Source: a virus (Duplodnaviria; Heunggongvirae; Uroviricota; Caudoviricetes). Taken from it: a stretch of 14,020 nucleotides of DNA. Below the pieces are notes generated by a model. The model was given only the letters and a program-made list of their open reading frames with translations. It had not been told where the DNA came from and made no database searches. Shown here piece after piece: positions 7,698 through 14,020 of this stretch (the first letter of the stretch is position 1; every line of letters begins with the position of its first letter). Location: positions 1 through 14,020 of IMG/VR virus record IMGVR_UViG_2737471843_000003; one strand, 5' to 3'. Made by a program: the position numbers and the translations under genes.

Positions 7698-8106
7698 AAT
7701 TATCTCCATTTTTACAAATGAATTTTGTCGATGCGGTGCCTGGTGCCTCCAGGTGACGTTAACCAGTTAACAATTAACGCCGGATATTTCACCCATAACT
7801 CTGCTACGAAGGACAATAGCTTTTTAACTGTTCCGCGTGCGCTTAGCCGCATTCACCGCATCACAAAATTCACTTTAAAAAGGGGCGGCAGGGCAGCCAC
7901 GGAGTAGAACTGATGCCGCCAAAGACTACACACAGCAATGTCGTTATTTACAACCGGAGGCGCACTCCCACCATTTAAATTTAACAGACAAAACCGACTC
8001 TTTATGAATACCGGAAATGCGCCTTCGTGTTGTGCGCCTGTCTTTTTACCACTTCAGGCTCGGTGGTATACTGGAGTTCTCACACAACCAGTAATAAGGT
8101 ATTCCT

Positions 8107-8301
8107 ATGGATAATAAAGACAAAGCCTGTCTACTTGCTTTAGCTTTCAGCATCAGATCGCAGCGAGAAACAACTCATCAATAATTTTTCTCGGAAATCG
8201 AGAATGCTGAGAATGAGTTTTTGTCACTACTCAATGAACGTGATGCTAAAAAAAGCGCCGATTCACTTAAGGCTTGGGCGAAACTAGGCTCTTCAAAATA
8301 A
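8107..8301 (+). pseudogene. Small ORF interrupted by an in-frame TAA: 25 codons, stop, 38 codons
   Basis: ATG at 8107 gives MDNKDKACLLALAFSIRSQRETTHQ, TAA at 8182-8184, then in the same frame FFSEIENAENEFLSLLNERDAKKSADSLKAWAKLGSSK ending at TAA 8299-8301. An extended -10 (TGgTATACT, 8064-8072) lies upstream. Its 3' end overlaps the convergent 72-aa gene. Confidence 0.3.
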
Positions 8302-8485
8302 TTGCTTCTGTAGCGGCATGAACAACTGTTTTTGCCGCCTCTTCAACTTCCTTGTCTGGACGACCAGCCTTTACTTTTTCTGCAATGACCTCCAGCACAG
8401 TTGGAAGAACCTTGCTAATAAGCATGGCTGCCACATCTTTGCTGCACAATTGACCGTTAATAACAACCAGATCTTCACCAACCAT
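8267..8485 (-). CDS. Hypothetical small protein, 72 aa
   Basis: Track ORF 8267..8542, whose first codon is TTG. The internal ATG at 8485 is preceded by AAGGGGA. It is the first gene downstream of the candidate pL-like promoter. Function unknown. Confidence 0.45.
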   Translation of the reverse strand: MVGEDLVVINGQLCSKDVAAMLISKVLPTVLEVIAEKVKAGRPDKEVEEAAKTVVHAATEAIILKSLVSPKP

Positions 8486-8660
8486 CTTTTTTCCCCTTAA
8501 CGCCGGGTGGCGGAACGTTTTATCTACTGCGCTTTGTATCAATCAACAACTGCCGTCATGTTCGTATGCCTCAGGCTGGCTACTTAGCCCTATTCAGTGG
8601 CTGGATAACTCGAGGTATTGTCCTGCCGTTCTCTGGTGGGGCGTTGTTTGGATATGGCAA

Positions 8661-8689
8661 ATGCTCACATATCGTGAGTGTTTTGTCAA
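8661..8689 (-). promoter_or_regulatory. Candidate pL-like leftward promoter with an operator palindrome in its spacer
   Basis: On the minus strand: TTGACA (plus 8684-8689), 17-bp spacer, GAGCAT (plus 8661-8666, weak -10 with TG upstream). The perfect palindrome CTCAC-N5-GTGAG at 8664-8678 overlaps the spacer and -10 and matches the operator motif found between the repressor and ydaS. Confidence 0.4.
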
Positions 8690-8730
8690 CTCAATATGTG
8701 AACAATGTTGCTTTTGGATTTTTGATGGAC

Positions 8731-8765
8731 AAAAAAAAGCCCTCGCTAATAGCGAGAGCTTTTTG
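8731..8765. terminator. Rho-independent terminator downstream of the repressor gene, bidirectional shape
   Basis: A8 (8731-8738), GCCCTCGCT (8739-8747), loop AAT, AGCGAGAGC (8751-8759), then TTTTT. One mismatch in the stem. Confidence 0.6.
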
Positions 8766-8790
8766 ATTGGAATCGAGGGAGATTAAAGGC

Positions 8791-9180
8791 TTAGGAGGAT
8801 TTTTTCTGTTGCCTGCTTCTTAGATATTTTTCCACATACTCATCAAGCTCTTGAAGACGGATTTCGAACAGATCAATCATGCGTGCTTGTTCCGATCCTG
8901 GGAGCTGATTAAACAGTTCTAGCATTTTTTTCTGGTTATCATTTAACCACGAGTAAGTGTTTTCCTGTTCACCGAACATTAATTCTGCGGGGGAAATGCC
9001 TAGTACCTGGCCGAGGATGATCGCATCCTCAGCCCCCACACTCCTGGTGCCAGCTTCGTAGTTAGCAATACGAGAAGAACCTGACCAACCACATAGTTTT
9101 GCCAGGTTTCCCATACTTAATCCTCGATTTAGGCGAGTGGCTTTTAGTCGCTCGCCTATTTGTTCTGCAATGGTTTTCAT
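8791..9180 (-). CDS. XRE-family HTH prophage repressor (cI/RacR-like), 129 aa
   Basis: Track ORF 8791..9285. The HTH region is LSMGNLAKLCGWSGSSRIANYEAGTRSVGAEDAIILGQVLGISPAEL. I prefer the ATG at 9180; the track start at 9285 is a TTG that would overlap the ydaS start. The gene is divergent from the Cro-like gene. Confidence 0.8.
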   Translation of the reverse strand: MKTIAEQIGERLKATRLNRGLSMGNLAKLCGWSGSSRIANYEAGTRSVGAEDAIILGQVLGISPAELMFGEQENTYSWLNDNQKKMLELFNQLPGSEQARMIDLFEIRLQELDEYVEKYLRSRQQKKSS

Positions 9181-9274
9181 AGCTCCGATTTTATCACGAT
9201 GTGTGAAATTAGCGGTACTCACATATCTGTAGTTGATCTTGCTCACGAAATGTGAATAATAGAAACAGGAGGTA
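9181..9274. promoter_or_regulatory. Divergent promoter/operator region with three operator-like sites at ~24-bp spacing
   Basis: TCACGATGTGTGA (9194-9206), CTCACATATCTGTAG (9218-9232, half-site match) and TCACGAAATGTGA (9243-9255). Rightward promoter: TTGATC (9233-9238), 16 bp, AATAAT (9255-9260). Leftward -10 TAAAAT (plus 9188-9193) sits 7 nt from the repressor ATG. Confidence 0.6.
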
Positions 9275-9277
9275 ATG

Positions 9278-9520
9278 ATGAACAAAATTTCAACATATCG
9301 AAAACAGCTTGGGCTGTCTCAAAGACAACTTGCTGTTCAGTTAGGGTGGATACAAAGCCGACTGGCAAATTACGAAGCAAATTTTCGTACCCCTGGGCTA
9401 GAGGAGTGCAGAAAAATTGTTTCTACCCTTAATCGGCTTGGCGCTCATTGTGGACTTGACGATGTATTCCCCCCAGACGGTAAGCATAGCGAAAACAGCA
9501 TAGGAGCGGTTGATTCATGA
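9278..9520 (+). CDS. ydaS: Cro-like HTH protein, YdaS-like
   Basis: Track ORF 9275..9520. AGGAGG at 9267-9272 favours the ATG at 9278. The HTH region is LGLSQRQLAVQLGWIQSRLANYE. It is the first gene of the rightward operon and its stop overlaps the ydaT start (ATGA). Confidence 0.7.
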   Translation: MNKISTYRKQLGLSQRQLAVQLGWIQSRLANYEANFRTPGLEECRKIVSTLNRLGAHCGLDDVFPPDGKHSENSIGAVDS

Positions 9521-9939
9521 AAATCAGGCATGAGCATATCGAATCAGTGTTGTTGGCCCTGGCAGCCGAAAAAGGGCAGGCGTGGGTCGCTAACGCAATT
9601 ACTGAAGAATATCTGCGCCAGGGGGGCGGCGAATTGCCCCTTGTACCAGGCAAGGACTGGAACAATCAGCAGAATATCTATCACCGTTGGTTGAAAGGTG
9701 AAACGAAAGCGCAAAGGGAAAAAATTCAGAAACTGATCCCTGCGGTTCTGGCAATTCTTCCGCGCGAGCTGCGTCACCGACTCTGCATCTTCGATACCCT
9801 GGAACGCCGTGCATTACTGGCGGCGCAGGAAGCGTTGAGTACGGCAATTGATGCGCATGATGATGCAGTCCAGGCCGTTTACCGGAAAGCACATTTCAGC
9901 GGTGGTGGGTCGCCCGGCGATTCTGTCGTAGTGCATTGA
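9517..9939 (+). CDS. ydaT: YdaT-like protein, 140 aa, reported as a toxic prophage protein
   Basis: ORF track 140 aa. I recognise the sequence MKIRHEHIESVLLALAAEKGQAWVANAITEEYLRQGGGELPL as Rac YdaT from memory. It is translationally coupled to ydaS. Confidence 0.75.
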   Translation: MKIRHEHIESVLLALAAEKGQAWVANAITEEYLRQGGGELPLVPGKDWNNQQNIYHRWLKGETKAQREKIQKLIPAVLAILPRELRHRLCIFDTLERRALLAAQEALSTAIDAHDDAVQAVYRKAHFSGGGSPGDSVVVH

Positions 9940-9983
9940 TTGAAATTAATCGTGCCGGATTGTTTTGTTCGGTATCAGTTAAA

Positions 9984-10004
9984 TGTAACGCTGCGAGCGT
10001 TACA
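9984..10004. promoter_or_regulatory. Perfect 21-bp palindrome 12 bp upstream of the ydaU-like start codon
   Basis: TGTAACGCT-GCG-AGCGTTACA with 9-bp perfect arms, read directly. The same core recurs inside the downstream gene. Confidence 0.45.
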
Positions 10005-10016
10005 AGGTGAAAACAA

Positions 10017-11153
10017 ATGGCTTCAAACTGGATAAAGCTCGAGGTTATTACGCCGGATAAGCCGGAAATATTCAGGCTTGCTGAGATTCTGAATATTGAT
10101 CCAGATGCCGCATTAGGGAAGGTTATTCGCTTCTGGGCATGGGCGGATCAACAAATGATAGACGGTAATGCAGATTGTAACGCTCGCGGCGTTACAAAAA
10201 GTGCAATAGATCGCATCACTTTTATGGCTGGTTTTGCTGATGCGTTAATTCAGGTTGGATGGCTGGTCGAAAATGACGGTGGGCTTTCTCTACCTAACTT
10301 TGAACGTCATAACGGAAAAAGCTCTAAAAAACGGGCGGTTACAAACGAGCGAGTTACAAAAATACGCGAACTGAAACGAAAAGGTAACGCTGGCAGCGTT
10401 ACACAAACGGATCAAAAAGCGTTACCAGAGGAAGAGGAAGAGGAAGAGGAAGATCTAAATACTGATCTAACCCATCCCAAACCCTTCCCTTCCGGAAGGG
10501 AGTTTCGGGATTTTGTGGCTGGAGTGCTTGAGGGGAGATTATCTGGCGGTACTGCAGCGGAATTTTGTAATTCTGCGGTGGTGGCGTTGCAGGCCGCTGG
10601 CCTGGATGTCTGTCGTGAGTATCCGGTACCAGAGCGTGGAGACGGTTGCGGAGGTCGGATTGATATCGTCGTGACTGACAGGAACGGTGTCCGGTGTGGG
10701 ATCGAACTTGACCGAAATTCTCCACGACAAAAATCACTGCTCAAAATCGGCGCTGTTGAAACCGGGATATGTGTCTTGCGGCGCAGTGATATCGCAAGGC
10801 ACACCGAGCAGGGAATTCTGGTTATCGGTGGGGCTGTTCGCCAGAAAAAATTTGACCCGTTGTCAGTTGATCTGCCCGACTGGTTGCCAGAAACACTCTG
10901 GCATGAGTGGGTCCAGTTCAGGCAGGCATTGCGAAAACCGATTCGAACGGAGCAGGGCGCTAACGGGGCGATACGGGAACTGGAAAAATTCCGTCAGCAG
11001 GGGTTTACACCTGAGCAGGTGATTCGACACAGCATCGCCAATGAATACCAGGGCCTGTTCGCGCCGAAAGGTGTTCGGCCTGAGACGTTGCTCCGACAGG
11101 TTAACACCGTCTCGTTGCCGGACAGTGCGATCCCGCCAGGCTTCAGGGGGTAA
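10017..11153 (+). CDS. ydaU: Replication initiator / replisome organiser, YdaU-like, with a poly-Glu linker and an extra central domain
   Basis: ORF track 378 aa. The N-terminus MASNWIKLEVITPDKPEIFRLAEILNID...VIRFWAWADQQ resembles the DUF1376 N-terminal pattern of lambdoid initiators. It sits just upstream of the DnaC-like gene. It is longer than the 285-aa K-12 YdaU as I recall it. Confidence 0.75.
   Translation: MASNWIKLEVITPDKPEIFRLAEILNIDPDAALGKVIRFWAWADQQMIDGNADCNARGVTKSAIDRITFMAGFADALIQVGWLVENDGGLSLPNFERHNGKSSKKRAVTNERVTKIRELKRKGNAGSVTQTDQKALPEEEEEEEEDLNTDLTHPKPFPSGREFRDFVAGVLEGRLSGGTAAEFCNSAVVALQAAGLDVCREYPVPERGDGCGGRIDIVVTDRNGVRCGIELDRNSPRQKSLLKIGAVETGICVLRRSDIARHTEQGILVIGGAVRQKKFDPLSVDLPDWLPETLWHEWVQFRQALRKPIRTEQGANGAIRELEKFRQQGFTPEQVIRHSIANEYQGLFAPKGVRPETLLRQVNTVSLPDSAIPPGFRG
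10176..10425. repeat. Iteron-like array of GTTACA-core repeats inside the initiator gene, candidate ori
   Basis: TGTAACGCTCGCGGCGTTACA (10176-10196); direct GTTACAAA half-sites at 10338-10345 and 10353-10360; palindrome GTAACGCT-GGC-AGCGTTAC (10384-10402); half-site AGCGTTAC (10418-10425). A-rich stretches lie between them. Confidence 0.45.
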
Positions 11154-11159
11154 CAGACC

Positions 11160-11906
11160 ATGAAAAATATTGCGACAGGAGGCGTTCTGGAGCGTATCCG
11201 CAGACTGACCCCACCACATGTAACCGCCCCATTCAGAACGGTTGCGGAGTGGCGCGAGTGGCAACTTGCTGAAGGGCAGAAACGTTGCGAGGAGATCAAC
11301 CGCTTGAATCGTCAGTTGCGGGTGGAAAAAATCCTGAATCGCTCTGGCATCCAGCCGTTGCACCGCAAATGTTCGTTTGCGAATTACCAGGTGCAGAACG
11401 ACGGCCAGCGATACGCGTTAAGCCAAGCGAAATCCATCGCCGATGAACTGATGACCGGGTGTACAAATTTTGCGTTCAGCGGAAAACCTGGTACCGGGAA
11501 GAACCATTTAGCGGCAGCTATCGGGAATCGCCTGCTGAAAGACGGTCAGACAGTGATTGTGGTTACCGTGGCTGATGTTATGAGTGCCCTGCATGCCAGC
11601 TATGACGACGGGCAGTCAGGCGAAAAATTTTTGCGGGAACTGTGCGAAGTGGATCTGCTGGTTCTTGATGAAATTGGCATTCAGCGCGAGACGAAAAACG
11701 AGCAGGTGGTACTGCACCAGATTGTTGATCGCCGGACAGCGTCGATGCGCAGCGTGGGAATGCTGACAAACCTGAACTATGAGGCCATGAAAACATTGCT
11801 CGGCGAGCGGATTATGGATCGCATGACCATGAACGGCGGACGCTGGGTGAATTTTAACTGGGAGAGCTGGCGTCCGAATGTCGTCCAGCCAGGAATTGCG
11901 AAGTAA
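11160..11906 (+). CDS. ydaV: DnaC/IstB-like AAA+ helicase loader, YdaV-like
   Basis: ORF track 248 aa. Walker A motif [15 protein letters not shown] and Walker B LLVLDEIG are present. It lies immediately downstream of the initiator gene. Confidence 0.85.
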   Translation: MKNIATGGVLERIRRLTPPHVTAPFRTVAEWREWQLAEGQKRCEEINRLNRQLRVEKILNRSGIQPLHRKCSFANYQVQNDGQRYALSQAKSIADELMTGCTNFAFSGKPGTGKNHLAAAIGNRLLKDGQTVIVVTVADVMSALHASYDDGQSGEKFLRELCEVDLLVLDEIGIQRETKNEQVVLHQIVDRRTASMRSVGMLTNLNYEAMKTLLGERIMDRMTMNGGRWVNFNWESWRPNVVQPGIAK

Positions 11907-11928
11907 TTTTTACCGGGAGAAAAATTTA

Positions 11929-12690
11929 ATGGAGACTGTTTTTGACGCACTGAAAGCAATGGGAAAAGCCACATCCTTAGAACTTGCTGCGCGACTTGGT
12001 ATCAGTCGTGAAGAAGTGCTGAACGAACTATGGGAACTGAAAAAAGCTGGTTTCGTTGATAAAAGCGCGTACACCTGGCGTGTGGCTGATAACAACGTTC
12101 AGCAGGAACAGCCAGCGCCGGAAGAACAGCCGGAAGAAACCACCACGGCAACAGTAGCGAAAATCTCAGAGTGCGATTTAACCGCGACGATTGAACAACG
12201 CGGACCACAAACGGCGGATGAGCTGGCTGCGTTGTTCGGTACCACATCACGCAAAGTAGCTTCAACGCTGGCAATGGCAATCAGCAAGGGGCGTCTGATT
12301 CGCGTAAATCAGAACGGTAAATTTCGTTACTGCATACCGGGCGATAATTTACCAGCAGAGCCGAAAGCTGCATCGGTAACGGAAACTGATGGTAAGGCCT
12401 TTCCTCAGCCCGCAGGTGTTGCGTTACCAGTACAGGAAGCGGCAACACAGGAAGATATTAAAACAGAAACTGTGGCGGACATTGTGCAGTCGCTGCCATC
12501 GTTCACCGAAACGCGAGCGGATGACCTGATTTTACCATCGCTGCATATGGCAAACCGCGAACTGCGTCGGGCGAAAAGTCATGTCCAGAAGTGGGCGCGA
12601 GTCTGCGCCGCGCTGCGGGAGCTGAACAAGCACCGGGATATTGTTCGACAGATTACTGATTCTTCCCGCCGTGTTGTATCGGAAAAGTGA
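11929..12690 (+). CDS. Hypothetical phage protein with two winged-helix-like segments
   Basis: Track ORF 11878..12690. Two ATG starts are possible: 11878 (GGAGAG upstream, overlaps ydaV) and 11929 (GGGAGA upstream). The segments [30 protein letters not shown] and [30 protein letters not shown] look like winged-helix folds. Function unknown. Confidence 0.55.
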   Translation: METVFDALKAMGKATSLELAARLGISREEVLNELWELKKAGFVDKSAYTWRVADNNVQQEQPAPEEQPEETTTATVAKISECDLTATIEQRGPQTADELAALFGTTSRKVASTLAMAISKGRLIRVNQNGKFRYCIPGDNLPAEPKAASVTETDGKAFPQPAGVALPVQEAATQEDIKTETVADIVQSLPSFTETRADDLILPSLHMANRELRRAKSHVQKWARVCAALRELNKHRDIVRQITDSSRRVVSEK

Positions 12691-12705
12691 TTGCCGGAGG
12701 CACTT

Positions 12706-13128
12706 ATGGCAAAAGTATTTACACAAGAAGAGCGGGAAAAAATTAAAGGGCAGGTTGTTGAGCTAGTACGCCGGAGTGGGCGCGAGACGTTACGGCAACT
12801 GGAAGCCAAGACAGGTGCGACAAGATATCTGATGAGCGTTCTCGCCAGAGAGCTTGTTGCCAGTGGCGATGTATACAACTCTGGTTACGGGTTATTTCCG
12901 TCTGAACAGGCCCGTAAGGACTGGCAAAACGCCCGCAAAAAACTCTCCAGGGCAAAGGTGAAAAAAACGGTTGTGGTTGATCCTGACCTTATCTGGTCAT
13001 TACCAGACGGAGAAATACGCCGCTACGACAGGCGCCTGAATATAATCTGTCGCGAGTGCCGGAAGAGCGAAGCTATGCAGCGTGTACTGGCTTTCTATCA
13101 GGGTAATTTTCAGGAGGTAGCGCAGTGA
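12706..13128 (+). CDS. Hypothetical phage protein, 140 aa
   Basis: Track ORF 12691..13128, which begins with TTG. The ATG at 12706 is preceded by GGAGG with 5-nt spacing. Its stop overlaps the GTG start of the methyltransferase gene. Confidence 0.55.
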   Translation: MAKVFTQEEREKIKGQVVELVRRSGRETLRQLEAKTGATRYLMSVLARELVASGDVYNSGYGLFPSEQARKDWQNARKKLSRAKVKKTVVVDPDLIWSLPDGEIRRYDRRLNIICRECRKSEAMQRVLAFYQGNFQEVAQ

Positions 13129-13598
13129 GTGCACCGGCAACCATTCTTGATATGTGCTGTGGCAGTCGCATGTTCTGGTTCGATAAGAATGACGACCGGG
13201 CGATATTTAGCGATATCAGAAAGGAAGAGCACACATTGTGTGATGGACGACGCTTGATTATCAGTCCTGATCTGATAGCTGATTTTCGTGCACTACCATT
13301 TGCAGACGCATCTTTTTCGATGGTTATATTCGACCCTCCGCATCTTGAGCGTGTTGGTGATAACGCCTGGATGGGAAAGAAATATGGACGGCTGAATAAA
13401 GATACCTGGCGTGATGATTTGCGGCAGGGATTTAAAGAAGCCTTTCGTGTGTTGCGTCCATCCGGCGTTCTGATTTTTAAATGGAATGAAACGCAAATAC
13501 CTGTTCGCCAGATATTGATACTGACCGACAGAAAACCTGTTATCGGTCAACGAACAGGAAAAAACGATAAAACCCACTGGATTATTTTTATGAAATAG
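13125..13598 (+). CDS. Small SAM-dependent amino-methyltransferase, DPPH motif, RsmD/N6-adenine-MTase-like fold
   Basis: ORF track 157 aa. Motif I-like ILDMCCGSRMF and motif IV-like IFDPPH occur in the order typical of N6A/N4C/m2G amino-methyltransferases. The GTG start has AGGAGG 7 nt upstream. No target-recognition domain is evident. Confidence 0.65.
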   Translation: MSAPATILDMCCGSRMFWFDKNDDRAIFSDIRKEEHTLCDGRRLIISPDLIADFRALPFADASFSMVIFDPPHLERVGDNAWMGKKYGRLNKDTWRDDLRQGFKEAFRVLRPSGVLIFKWNETQIPVRQILILTDRKPVIGQRTGKNDKTHWIIFMK

Positions 13599-13744
13599 GC
13601 ATCCAGTGAGTAGGTTCGTAAGGTTACAGATACGTATATCTGAATAATTAAATTTAGTTCTGTAAATAAAATTTAATCCTTAATCGGAGGGATTTCTGCA
13701 CCCTCAAATCATCAGGAGGCCGCCCGAAAGGGCGGTAGTGAAAA

Positions 13745-14020
13745 ATGACTGAATTAACCAAAGAGCAATTAATCGAAGAGGCCAAATTAAAAATAGCGAT
13801 TGCGAAATGCCACCCCAATTCAGGGTTGGCACGAGTAGAGGGTGAGTTATTCAAAATTGCTCTGGCATCACTGGAGCAGAATGCACTATCGGGCAACTCT
13901 CCGCTTATTCCTGGTGAAGTGTTGTCCGCAATCCGGGAGGTTGCCAGGATTCGCGCCGATTTCGATGATTTTGACGGTGACAGGCGAGGTATCGGTGATT
14001 GTCTGGATGAGGCCGAGCAA
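13745..14020 (+). CDS. Hypothetical protein, 5' partial ORF running off the window end
   Basis: ATG at 13745 and an open frame to 14020 (92 codons, MTELTKEQLIEEAKLKIAIAK...). It is missing from the ORF track because it has no stop within the window. The upstream signal is weak. Confidence 0.45.
   Translation, partial: MTELTKEQLIEEAKLKIAIAKCHPNSGLARVEGELFKIALASLEQNALSGNSPLIPGEVLSAIREVARIRADFDDFDGDRRGIGDCLDEAEQ

Larger units (their letters stand above)
604..14020. mobile_element. Rac-like lambdoid prophage, left end through replication region; continues beyond the window
   Basis: Contiguous int-xis-lar-recT/recE-racC-ydaE-kilR, then repressor / Cro-like YdaS / YdaT, then YdaU-like and DnaC-like genes, in the same order as the E. 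coli Rac prophage. Sizes of racC (91 aa), ydaE (56 aa), kilR (73 aa), ralR (64 aa) and ydaT (140 aa) match my memory of Rac. Confidence 0.85.

Noticed and set aside
7725-7907. Plus-strand ORF of 60 aa
   Set aside because: No ribosome-binding site and no recognisable protein features; the region more plausibly holds regulatory or terminator structure for the leftward operon.
8318-8500. Plus-strand ORF of 60 aa
   Set aside because: It is antisense to the 72-aa minus-strand gene, which has a good ribosome-binding site; the composition is not protein-like.
8566-8766. Plus-strand ORF of 66 aa between the 72-aa gene and the repressor
   Set aside because: No ribosome-binding site, and it spans the candidate pL-like promoter and operator and runs into the terminator stem, so the region is better explained as regulatory DNA.
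9275-9277. Upstream ATG as the ydaS start
   Set aside because: It is only 2 nt from the AGGAGG, whereas the ATG at 9278 has 5-nt spacing; the difference is one codon and does not affect the call.
9429-9892. Minus-strand ORFs (9429..9665, 9544..9777, 9599..9892)
   Set aside because: They are antisense within ydaS and ydaT, which are translationally coupled and recognisable.
10428-10451. (GAGGAA)x4 repeat as a CRISPR or regulatory repeat
   Set aside because: It is in frame inside a coding sequence and encodes a poly-Glu linker; it is a coding microsatellite.
10399-11363. Minus-strand and alternative-frame ORFs inside the ydaU-like gene (10399..10737, 10412..10804, 10539..10730, 10687..11022, 10863..11363, 10994..11299)
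   Set aside because: They overlap a long, well-supported initiator ORF and have Arg/Pro/Ser-rich compositions typical of off-frame translation of GC-rich coding DNA.
11578-12878. Short antisense ORFs inside the DnaC-like, winged-helix and 140-aa genes
   Set aside because: They are off-frame or antisense to better-supported genes and lack start signals.
13654-13896. Minus-strand ORF of 80 aa
   Set aside because: It overlaps the start region and 5' part of the plus-strand ORF that runs to the window end and includes the AT-rich hairpin region; I favour the plus-strand ORF, but with only moderate confidence.

Overview
This window is the left junction plus the recombination, immunity and replication regions of a Rac-like lambdoid prophage, inserted at the 3' end of the sdsR (RyeB) small-RNA locus just downstream of host gene yebY. 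All calls come from reading the sequence and the ORF track; homology is from memory, and no search or folding was run. Layout: yebY (1-342, +) and its terminator; the sigma-S-type promoter and the SdsR sRNA (501-603, +); a putative attL core and three tandem arm-type repeats; then a leftward operon of tightly packed genes (int, xis, a YdaC-position ORF, Lar/RalR, a RecT/Redbeta-superfamily annealing protein, an enlarged RecE, racC, an untracked 56-aa ydaE, kilR). The immunity region follows: a candidate pL-like promoter with operator, an XRE repressor divergent from a Cro-like YdaS and YdaT across a tripartite operator. Rightward are an enlarged YdaU-like initiator carrying an iteron-like array, a DnaC-like loader, two small winged-helix-like proteins, a small amino-methyltransferase and a 3'-truncated ORF. 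I found no CRISPR array, tRNA or IS element. The most notable observations are the GTTACA-core repeat array inside the initiator gene, the lambda-like operator architecture, the sRNA-locus integration with a second partial core copy, and the enlarged RecE and YdaU-like proteins; I could not identify a clearly novel system beyond these.
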